A DNA stretch of 38,934 nt, taken from a virus (Duplodnaviria; Caudoviricetes). Positions within the stretch are counted from its first letter, which is position 1; the number at the start of each line of letters is the position of its first letter. The notes under the pieces were generated by a model. That model saw only the letters and a program-made list of their open reading frames with translations. It did no database searches and was not told the DNA's origin. Shown here piece after piece: positions 29,915-36,594 of the stretch. The stretch lies in the IMG/VR virus record IMGVR_UViG_3300020044_003031, positions 1 to 38,934 of that record; one strand, 5' to 3'. A program made the position numbers and the translations under genes.

Positions 29915-30373
29915 TTATGGGTATACCCTTATTTCTACGTAAACTGATTGCGTGCTATCAAATGCACCATCGAAATCTATTTGTTGAACTAAAATTGTCC
30001 ATGGAGTAGGGGACCATGCAATGCTTACTATCTTAGGTTTACTACTAGTTGCTCCACTTGATGCTAATGTAAATACATTTGTTTGTCCAATTAATGCAGC
30101 ACCGGTAGCAGATACAGTTCCTGTTCCGGTAGTCCATGTTAATGTAGTTCCTAAAGTATTTTTAAAAACCGTAGCCGTTCCACTAGACATGCTTATTGAT
30201 GCTGTATATACCTTATAAGACGAACTAGGGTCTATGTTGTCTAATACAAAGTCTGTTATTTCTTGAATAGTAAAATTCTTTGTAGCGTCATTATTTACAC
30301 TATCTGTACCTATCAACTTGTCTTCAGAAGATACAGGAGAAGGTGCAATGCCATAGCTGCCTATTCTTGCCAT
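29915..30373 (-). CDS. Short fibre/decoration protein sharing its N-terminus with the long fibre
   Basis: MA.I.Y...D.LIGT.....ATKNF in both proteins. Confidence 0.65.
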   Translation of the reverse strand: MARIGSYGIAPSPVSSEDKLIGTDSVNNDATKNFTIQEITDFVLDNIDPSSSYKVYTASISMSSGTATVFKNTLGTTLTWTTGTGTVSATGAALIGQTNVFTLASSGATSSKPKIVSIAWSPTPWTILVQQIDFDGAFDSTQSVYVEIRVYP

Positions 30374-30380
30374 TGTTTTA

Positions 30381-30722
30381 CTAGTTTAATGTTAATAGAT
30401 ACAATACCTTGTCTACTAATCCAAGCATCTCATCAATGATGTTCTGAAGCTCAGAAGGATAATTATTTCTCTCTGTATCAAGCATGGCTCTCATCTCTTT
30501 CATGTGAGTCGTTGAGTCCATCACCTTTGATTCAGGTATAATAATCTCGGTTCTTTTAGCAAACCCAAAATAAGCTTCTGTAAACTTATCAGTTAAGTCT
30601 AAAATTTCGTCATAATACATGTTCAACGCCTTATGCTCAGCAAAAGATGTTGTCTGAAGATGAGCGATATGCATCATGTCTCTTGATTGGAACAATGTTC
30701 CGATGAATTTTCCGCAAGTCAT
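30381..30722 (-). CDS. Ferritin/Dps-like four-helix protein (DUF5856-like)
   Basis: HIAHLQTTSFAEHKALNMYYDEILDLTDKFTEAYFG; LQNIIDEM...LYLLTL. Confidence 0.7.
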   Translation of the reverse strand: MTCGKFIGTLFQSRDMMHIAHLQTTSFAEHKALNMYYDEILDLTDKFTEAYFGFAKRTEIIIPESKVMDSTTHMKEMRAMLDTERNNYPSELQNIIDEMLGLVDKVLYLLTLN

Positions 30723-30723
30723 A

Positions 30724-30960
30724 TTAATCTTGTTTTTGGGTTACTTCTCCTGTTTGAATATTAATTACCGAGTCTTTACCATATTTGGTAATCAACTCTA
30801 GCTCATGCTTTGCAAAATCAGCTCTCAAGATTTCAATAGTCTTAATTAGATTTGCTTTTTGCATTTCTAAATCACCAATAGCCATCTTGGCTTTTGTAAA
30901 CTCAGTGTTCATTTCTTGAATCTTACCAAGTTCCTCTTGTGTTAAAATTGTCTTTTCCAT
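30724..30960 (-). CDS. Small coiled-coil protein
   Basis: 78 aa; KYGKDSVINIQTGE C-terminus. Confidence 0.7.
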   Translation of the reverse strand: MEKTILTQEELGKIQEMNTEFTKAKMAIGDLEMQKANLIKTIEILRADFAKHELELITKYGKDSVINIQTGEVTQKQD

Positions 30961-30981
30961 TTTATTTGATTTTATTTTTTA

Positions 30982-30989
30982 CAAATATA
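30982..30989 (-). promoter_or_regulatory. -7 promoter element TATATTTG
   Basis: TAnnTTTG in the intergenic gap; leader AAAATCAAATAAA-ATG. Confidence 0.6.
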
Positions 30990-30995
30990 GTAAAT

Positions 30996-31466
30996 TTATG
31001 GATGTACATTTTTTTTCATTGCACTTCCGAAGTAATAACCAAAAATAGATAATACTACGCCTTCTGAAATTCCAATAAGATGTATCCATATTTCTTTGTT
31101 TTGATCAGGTATCTCAAGATACACAATAGCATAAACAATAAAGCAAAATACGCTCAACCCCACTAGTCCTGTCAAATAAAAAAGGAAGTCGAACTTCCCT
31201 GTCTTTGCTACCTCTATCTCCCTATTCCTAGCAGACTCCCTATCCTTTACCTCCAACTCAAACACCTCAACAGACTTATTCAACTCTGCAAGAGCAAGAG
31301 CTTTGTCTTCTGCAGACAACTCATCAGATGAGCTTATTAAGTTCTTTACTATACCAAATACCCCATTGGATGGAAGTACATCTCCAACTGTATCCAATAT
31401 CTTGGGAGCTTTTTTAGTCAAGAACTGACCAACCTTGGTGTCTTTGAATTTCTTTTTATCAGGCAT
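30996..31466 (-). CDS. Holin-like membrane protein (start probably 31466)
   Basis: DRESARNRE followed by two TM helices and GYYFGS; adjacent to the endolysin. Confidence 0.6.
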   Translation of the reverse strand: MPDKKKFKDTKVGQFLTKKAPKILDTVGDVLPSNGVFGIVKNLISSSDELSAEDKALALAELNKSVEVFELEVKDRESARNREIEVAKTGKFDFLFYLTGLVGLSVFCFIVYAIVYLEIPDQNKEIWIHLIGISEGVVLSIFGYYFGSAMKKNVHP

Positions 31467-31468
31467 AA

Positions 31469-31933
31469 CTATTCTTTTGTTTCGAAGTGCATCCAATCAA
31501 AATTCTTTTCTACCCCTAAAGATATAAAACCATTCTTGTAAAATATGTCAATCATTGGCTTATATTCAGGTCTAGCAAACCTAGCTGTCTTACTAGTCTC
31601 ATTTAATTGATTTCTAGCCGGGTCTAAATCAATAGCTATACCCCAAGAATGCATTGACCATGCTGAGCCATTTCTCATTTTTCGGTAGTTGAAACAACCA
31701 CCAAATAAATCAATGCCCAACTCCTTAATCTTTTCGTATCCGTATTGAATCAAAATTTCATTAAACACTTGCAACAGCCTGTCAGCCACTAACTTATGGC
31801 ATCTCATTGTGGTTACAGTTTGGTCTGTATCCCACGCTATCCTCATTTTGTATGGAAGTTGTATTGTAGTCAAGTACCCCTCTCCTGTAATGTTAGGGGT
31901 TCCGTATCTTTTAGTGGCTTGCTGAGTTGTCAT
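31469..31933 (-). CDS. Endolysin, peptidase M15 family
   Basis: FNYR, SMHSWGIAID (SxHxxGxAxD), DWMHFE zinc motifs. Confidence 0.85.
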   Translation of the reverse strand: MTTQQATKRYGTPNITGEGYLTTIQLPYKMRIAWDTDQTVTTMRCHKLVADRLLQVFNEILIQYGYEKIKELGIDLFGGCFNYRKMRNGSAWSMHSWGIAIDLDPARNQLNETSKTARFARPEYKPMIDIFYKNGFISLGVEKNFDWMHFETKE

Positions 31934-32220
31934 TATTTATTTGTTAGAAAATCAATAATAACCTTTAATGCACCAATACCAAACAATGTTATTAAAGCAT
32001 AGAAATAAGCTTTGTATTTCCTTAGTTGGTCTTTAATGTCGTCTAATTCTGACTTCATCTTTTTGAAATCGCTTAGTAGTCCGCCTGACGACTTATCTAT
32101 GGGATTTCCTGTTAGCAAGGTGTGTATATCCTTGAGCATTACCTTGACTTCAGAAACCTGTGTTTTAATGGTTTCCAACTCTTGTGCCATAGAATCTAGT
32201 CTGTTGTTTTCGGGTAACAT
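31933..32220 (-). CDS. Coiled-coil protein with a C-terminal TM helix (lysis accessory/holin-like)
   Basis: Heptad pattern plus YFYALITLFGIGALKVII; start probably 32220. Confidence 0.55.
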   Translation of the reverse strand: MLPENNRLDSMAQELETIKTQVSEVKVMLKDIHTLLTGNPIDKSSGGLLSDFKKMKSELDDIKDQLRKYKAYFYALITLFGIGALKVIIDFLTNK

Positions 32221-32233
32221 AATTAGCATTTTT

Positions 32234-32716
32234 TTACCAAAGTGCATTTACTGATGTAGCTGATGATGCTGAGGCTAACTTAATAACCTGAACAGGTAAC
32301 ACTGTTCCTGCAGGCACGGCTGTAAATGTTAAGATATCTCCTCCTATAGTTGTAACCACAAGCGTTCCGGTTCCTCCTACATAAAGATAACATCCTGCGT
32401 TACCAATAGTAGTTTGAGGTGAAGCTTGATATACCACATAATCTTTAGCTGTAGCTGCAAAAATATTTGCATTTAATACAAGAGTAGTTTCGTTTGTAAC
32501 TGAAACAACAGTTGCAGCAGTGCTATCAGTAGTATTATAGACAATATCTCCGGGGTTAATGTTGTTAGTTACAAAAGTAGCAGCAGTGTCAATTAATTGA
32601 CTTGCCGCTGTTGATGTATTTGTTCCCGTTTGTGCTGGACTAGGGTAGGGAATATTAGCATTATCTGATTTTATAACAGGCAATGCTCTTGAGAATGTTG
32701 ACTTAAATACTGACAT
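32234..32716 (-). CDS. Capsid spike-base-like protein (Rcc01079-like) with an inserted beta module
   Basis: LYVGGTGTLVVTTIGGDILTFTAVPAGTVLPVQVIK...ALW. Confidence 0.55.
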   Translation of the reverse strand: MSVFKSTFSRALPVIKSDNANIPYPSPAQTGTNTSTAASQLIDTAATFVTNNINPGDIVYNTTDSTAATVVSVTNETTLVLNANIFAATAKDYVVYQASPQTTIGNAGCYLYVGGTGTLVVTTIGGDILTFTAVPAGTVLPVQVIKLASASSATSVNALW

Positions 32717-32719
32717 TAG

Positions 32720-32896
32720 TTATTTTTTTTCGTTGTTATAAGGGAACTTTTCATTTAAGGCTTTTCTTCTTTCTTCACATGGAGAACATCCATTTTCAGA
32801 CTTACTGATAACCTTTGCTATTTTCTTTATTCCTGTAACTGTTGTTATCTTTTCGATTGTATCTCCAAGACCTTTACTTTGTTCATTTAGTTTCAT
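32720..32896 (-). CDS. 58-aa phage protein with CxxC
   Basis: Read by hand: MKLNEQSKGLGDTIEKITTVTGIKK...GCSPCEERRKALNEKFPY. Confidence 0.7.
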   Translation of the reverse strand: MKLNEQSKGLGDTIEKITTVTGIKKIAKVISKSENGCSPCEERRKALNEKFPYNNEKK

Positions 32897-32913
32897 TTGA
32901 TTTGATTTAATTA

Positions 32914-33099
32914 TTAAGAAATTATATCAGTAGCCTTAAGCCTTCCGATTAATGCTATACACAATCCAATTATCTGAATTAGCTCAGATGAGAAATTAGG
33001 AAGGTCAATACTAAAAAATTGTCTTCCTATAAACCCAATGAATGCAATAAGTATGCCCCAAATTGTTTTTGATAAATACCAAGGTTTTAATTGTTCCAT
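32914..33099 (-). CDS. Small two-TM membrane protein (holin-like)
   Basis: KPWYLSKTIWG plus two hydrophobic helices ending IGRLKA. Confidence 0.6.
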   Translation of the reverse strand: MEQLKPWYLSKTIWGILIAFIGFIGRQFFSIDLPNFSSELIQIIGLCIALIGRLKATDIIS

Positions 33100-33102
33100 T
33101 TT

Positions 33103-33345
33103 TTATGGTTTTTTAGGGAATCCCATTGCATCGTAGCCGGGCTTTCCTTTTTTAGATTGTCTTTCTAAATTTTTATTTGCATCTCTTAACTTGTTAGATG
33201 CTGCTGATATTCCGGGATAACCTTTTGTTCCTGAATATGAATCAGCTAAATTTTTTGTAGCATTCTTCACTTCTTTTTTATAGTAAGCTGTACTGTCCTT
33301 TGTAGGAGCAGGTGTTGGTGATAATGGGAAATCTCTGTTTGGCAT
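33103..33345 (-). CDS. Small basic protein
   Basis: 80 aa; TATCTTTAC promoter-like variant at 33363-33371. Confidence 0.6.
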   Translation of the reverse strand: MPNRDFPLSPTPAPTKDSTAYYKKEVKNATKNLADSYSGTKGYPGISAASNKLRDANKNLERQSKKGKPGYDAMGFPKKP

Positions 33346-33371
33346 AAATTTATTTTTAGATTGTAAAGATA

Positions 33372-33440
33372 CTAAATTTTTGATACTCTATTTCCCATGC
33401 CCACTCTTGACTTCTCTGCTTTCTTCATTGATGTTGCCAT
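33372..33440 (-). CDS. 22-aa basic micro-ORF (possible gene remnant)
   Basis: MATSMKKAEKSRVGMGNRVSKI fills the gap between neighbours. Confidence 0.35.
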   Translation of the reverse strand: MATSMKKAEKSRVGMGNRVSKI

Positions 33441-33444
33441 AGTA

Positions 33445-33735
33445 TTAGTATTTACCTTTTCTTCCCTTAGGATTAGATGTTGTCGGTCCACCCGGACCCT
33501 TCCAAAGATAACTGCATGCCCAATGGCGTGGCGTTAACTTGTCTGTAGCTGTATCACAACCATGCCTAGCCTTAAAACTCTTACGAGCCGCAGCAGAATA
33601 GTTGTTGCCATAACCCTCCGCACCAAAGTGCAGAAGCTTCTCTTGTCCATTTGAACAAGCCTTGACCATCATCTTCTTGCCCGGTCTATCAGACGGAACA
33701 GGACGATTGCAGCTCATCTTTGATTTGTTAGCCAT
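33445..33735 (-). CDS. Conserved basic phage protein (start 33735)
   Basis: KKMMVKAC...HFGAEGY...RKSFKARH.C...W. Confidence 0.7.
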   Translation of the reverse strand: MANKSKMSCNRPVPSDRPGKKMMVKACSNGQEKLLHFGAEGYGNNYSAAARKSFKARHGCDTATDKLTPRHWACSYLWKGPGGPTTSNPKGRKGKY

Positions 33736-33745
33736 AAAGTTATTT

Positions 33746-33901
33746 TTAACTTCTGAATGCTCTTGTTGTGTGCCCAAATTGAGCAGGCTCTTGCTTAACC
33801 TCAGCAGGTTTCTCAGCAGGCTTAACCTCTGTAGGCTTCTCCTCCTGTTTAACCTCCTCTGAAGAAACAATCTCCTCTTCTTTTGTTGTCTTCTTTGCCA
33901 T
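33746..33901 (-). CDS. 51-aa Glu/Lys/Pro low-complexity protein
   Basis: Read by hand: MAKKTTKEEEIVSSEEVKQEEKPTEVKPAEKPAEVKQEPAQFGHTTRAFRS. Confidence 0.6.
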   Translation of the reverse strand: MAKKTTKEEEIVSSEEVKQEEKPTEVKPAEKPAEVKQEPAQFGHTTRAFRS

Positions 33902-33902
33902 C

Positions 33903-34175
33903 TTATTTATTTTTTAAAGTCGCTCTGTTCGTGAACTTATCATACTTGTAGTCAGATGCTCTATGACTTGATGCTTTGTCGGCACGAGCTATCGCTCTCT
34001 CCTCCGCAGTCATCGAGTTTTTCTTTGCACCCTTAGCTGTAAATGACTTCCCATCAGGGGTTAAATCACCACGCTTTATCAAGAGACCTAATGCCATTTG
34101 GCGAGAACCAACCTGAGAAGCAAGTCTGTTTATCAGTTGGTTCCTGCCCATGTACTTTTGGCTCTCTGACTTCAT
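33903..34175 (-). CDS. Small basic protein
   Basis: 90 aa, coupled to the upstream gene. Confidence 0.65.
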   Translation of the reverse strand: MKSESQKYMGRNQLINRLASQVGSRQMALGLLIKRGDLTPDGKSFTAKGAKKNSMTAEERAIARADKASSHRASDYKYDKFTNRATLKNK

Positions 34176-34363
34176 TAATATCCTTTTTTCTTAGCCATAC
34201 CGCTCTTGGTACTAGTCATCATCTTTTTAGTAGCAGGACCGGTCTTGCCTTTCATGCTTCCTGACTCTTTTGTAAGACGTGTTGCAGCGCCACCACCTGT
34301 AGTTGGCATTTGCATTCTTGAAGATGCAGGTAAATTTGGAGTTGCTTTCTTTGAAGTTGCCAT
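34175..34363 (-). CDS. Small Lys/Met-rich basic protein
   Basis: 62 aa, A-rich leader. Confidence 0.6.
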   Translation of the reverse strand: MATSKKATPNLPASSRMQMPTTGGGAATRLTKESGSMKGKTGPATKKMMTSTKSGMAKKKGY

Positions 34364-34374
34364 TGTTTTAGTTT

Positions 34375-34596
34375 TTATTTTTTTAAAGATTGTTTACCTA
34401 GTGTATCGCTTAGCGTTTGCAAAGATGGTATCCTTCCAACCCTCGGGCCTGTAAGCTTGCTACTCTTCCTCGACTCAACCACACTCTTTGCAGTTGGCTG
34501 CTTGTACTTGATAGCCTCTATCCTCTCTCTCAAGTTAATCTTGGGAGTTGGAGTATATCCGCTAGTAGCCGCCTCTGTTTTCTTTGCTTTTGCCAT
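34375..34596 (-). CDS. Small basic protein
   Basis: 73 aa, TAAAATG start. Confidence 0.6.
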   Translation of the reverse strand: MAKAKKTEAATSGYTPTPKINLRERIEAIKYKQPTAKSVVESRKSSKLTGPRVGRIPSLQTLSDTLGKQSLKK

Positions 34597-34597
34597 T

Positions 34598-34810
34598 TTA
34601 AAAACCTCTCGGTGTTGGTGTTGGTGCTAATGGGGTGTCAGGACGAAATTCCTTTACAGGAGTTTGTGCATCCGCAAGTATTTGTCTTCCCCTATCAATT
34701 CTATCCGGACCTTTAGACTTTAGTCTTAAGGCTACCCTCTCTGCTCTCTCAGGGTCATTTTCAGCAATCCTTGCAATTCTTTTGTATTGACGTGCTTTTA
34801 AATCTGCCAT
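34598..34810 (-). CDS. Small Arg-rich protein (start 34810)
   Basis: MADLKARQYKRI; downstream of the promoter at 34829-34836. Confidence 0.6.
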   Translation of the reverse strand: MADLKARQYKRIARIAENDPERAERVALRLKSKGPDRIDRGRQILADAQTPVKEFRPDTPLAPTPTPRGF

Positions 34811-34828
34811 AAATTTATTTTTACAAAT

Positions 34829-34858
34829 CAAATATAGGAAATAAAATAATTAACTTTG
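34829..34858. promoter_or_regulatory. Divergent promoter pair: TATATTTG (minus, 34829-34836) and TAACTTTG (plus, 34851-34858)
   Basis: Two back-to-back TAnnTTTG elements, each facing a gene. Confidence 0.65.
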
Positions 34859-34880
34859 CAAATATAATAAATTTAATCAA

Positions 34881-35327
34881 ATGAAAATTAAGCCACACGA
34901 CTACCTGAAATATTGGAAGGTTATAAGACAGTATTACAAAACAAAGCATAAATTAAACCAATCAGATTTAGACATGCTGCTGTTCCTCTACTCAGAGGTT
35001 TATTTCAGTAAACAAAAATTTAAGGAGTTCGCCAACATAGTAAGTTGGGATACCTGCCGGTTCGCTAGACTGATGGCGCAAGATTGGATATGCGTTTTCA
35101 GAAAACAAGCAGGATCAAAAAAGACACTATACCAACTATCCCCCAAAGCGGAAAGGGTAATCGAGTCTATGTACAAAAAATTAAATGGAGAAGAAATCCC
35201 TATGTCCCCCTCGTCAAACCCCATGTTCCTAAAGAACGTGAAGTACACAGACAAGGTCTACCGGAATATGATAATAGAGATGAACGCGTTTATAAAACAA
35301 CAACGACATCAGCCTCCCGAACAATAG
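34881..35327 (+). CDS. Winged-helix (MarR-like) DNA-binding protein
   Basis: LNQSDLDMLLFLY...RLMAQDWI...YQLSPKA; the only credible plus-strand gene; has its own promoter. Confidence 0.6.
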   Translation: MKIKPHDYLKYWKVIRQYYKTKHKLNQSDLDMLLFLYSEVYFSKQKFKEFANIVSWDTCRFARLMAQDWICVFRKQAGSKKTLYQLSPKAERVIESMYKKLNGEEIPMSPSSNPMFLKNVKYTDKVYRNMIIEMNAFIKQQRHQPPEQ

Positions 35328-35547
35328 TCAACTGCTGCTCATTGATGAGCATAGTGAACCCCTGCGCCCTATCGTAGTAAATCACGTCATCCTTAGCGAT
35401 GACCTTTACGTCTGTGCCCGGCTCAAGCACTACAGCTTTCCTGTATCTCATCTGACTAGCATCCTCGCCCGATAGTATTAAACCTGACTGAGTCTTTATC
35501 TCCTCGTCAATATTTTTAACAGCAATGTATTTTCCTATTGGTTTCAT
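35290..35547 (-). CDS. groES: Co-chaperonin GroES (start MKPIGK at 35547)
   Basis: MKPIGKYIAV, mobile loop KTQSGLIL, VREADVVVVL. Confidence 0.85.
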   Translation of the reverse strand: MKPIGKYIAVKNIDEEIKTQSGLILSGEDASQMRYRKAVVLEPGTDVKVIAKDDVIYYDRAQGFTMLINEQQLTIVREADVVVVL

Positions 35548-35894
35548 CCGATGTATGGCTTTAAACTGTGAACAATCTGACGGAACAGGTAATCCTTTGA
35601 CCTCTGCTCCAATGGTAACTCTCCGTAAAGGCAAAAGCATGGGTGCTCCTTCTTCTCAGCGTCCTTAATAGGTCCCCACTTCCATCCGGCATTCGCCTTC
35701 TCAATACACCACACCTCATGACTCTTCTCAGGAGTAGCGTCAGGGTTGTTTAAATGGAAGTCAACACCATGGATAGCTGACTCTTTCTGCCAATCAGCAG
35801 CATCTTCCCAAGATACCTGCGACATATCTCCCAATGACTCGCAATAGGACTTGTTGATTTCATGCGCTACCTGCGCTACTTGTTCTAGTGTCAT
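35544..35894 (-). CDS. Stand-alone RyR-domain protein
   Basis: HEVWCIEKANAGWKWGPIKDAEKKEHPCFCLYGELPLEQRSKD matches the RyR repeat pattern H..W...K...GW.YG...D...K.HP.L.PY..L. Confidence 0.8.
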   Translation of the reverse strand: MTLEQVAQVAHEINKSYCESLGDMSQVSWEDAADWQKESAIHGVDFHLNNPDATPEKSHEVWCIEKANAGWKWGPIKDAEKKEHPCFCLYGELPLEQRSKDYLFRQIVHSLKPYIG

Positions 35895-35896
35895 AA

Positions 35897-36151
35897 TTAA
35901 TATTTTAAGGTTAAAACCTTAACTACATTCATCTGTGCGTTTAGGATTTCTCCAACAGCATGCTCATGAATTTGTCTATAAAGGTCGCTAGGAGGATTAT
36001 CTGAAAATCTTTTATCCAAAAGGTCTCTTTGAATAATATCAGCTAATTCAGCACAAAGCTCTTTTGCTCTTTGCACATTAATATCTCCTGATGGATTAAA
36101 TGTCAATCCTACTAATTTCTTTCCGAATGATAAATCGTTTTGGTCTTCCAT
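35897..36151 (-). CDS. Acb2/Tad1-like helical-hairpin protein (putative signal sponge)
   Basis: FGKKLVGLTFNPSG, helix, then AVGEILNAQMNVVKVLT resembling the A.T..E.A.M.AVKA C-terminal helix of the family. Confidence 0.5.
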   Translation of the reverse strand: MEDQNDLSFGKKLVGLTFNPSGDINVQRAKELCAELADIIQRDLLDKRFSDNPPSDLYRQIHEHAVGEILNAQMNVVKVLTLKY

Positions 36152-36152
36152 G

Positions 36153-36332
36153 TTATTTATTTTTTTTGTTTAATACTTCTTCCGCCCACTCAACACCTTC
36201 TCTTCCATCAAATGAATTGTGTACCACAATAATTTCAGCATCAGGCTCAATTATAACTTTAGGATTGCATTTGCACTGAGTTCCTTCTAAGTCGTGCTCT
36301 TCAATGTCATCTAATGGGTGTACGTGTAGCAT
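36153..36332 (-). CDS. 59-aa His/Cys-rich protein (start 36332)
   Basis: HVHPLDDIEEH...CKCNP...VVHNSFDGRE. Confidence 0.65.
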   Translation of the reverse strand: MLHVHPLDDIEEHDLEGTQCKCNPKVIIEPDAEIIVVHNSFDGREGVEWAEEVLNKKNK

Positions 36333-36336
36333 AATT

Positions 36337-36594
36337 TTAAAATTCAGTGTTTGCCCATATCGGACCATTCTCAACGTCCTCGTACGCCGTACGGACATTA
36401 TTCTCAAAGTACTCAATGGCATCCTCGAATATCATCCCATCCACATACACCAACACGTCAATGCACTTGCTCACCGAGTAGATTAATCTGCCCTCGTCAA
36501 GGTCTACCCCTATAGCCGCCTCGCTGAATCCCTCAGCAAAGACAAACTCAGTCTCAGGATATGTATTTAATATTTTACTTAATGTCTGACTCAT
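36337..36594 (-). CDS. Conserved hypothetical phage protein
   Basis: EGFSEAAIGVD...LIYSVSKCI...EDAIEYFENNV; overlaps the end of groEL. Confidence 0.7.
   Translation of the reverse strand: MSQTLSKILNTYPETEFVFAEGFSEAAIGVDLDEGRLIYSVSKCIDVLVYVDGMIFEDAIEYFENNVRTAYEDVENGPIWANTEF

Noticed and set aside
33736-33870. N-terminal extension of the 141-aa ORF (LLRLS repeats)
   Set aside because: Out-of-frame reading of the more plausible 51-aa EVKPAE gene at 33746-33901
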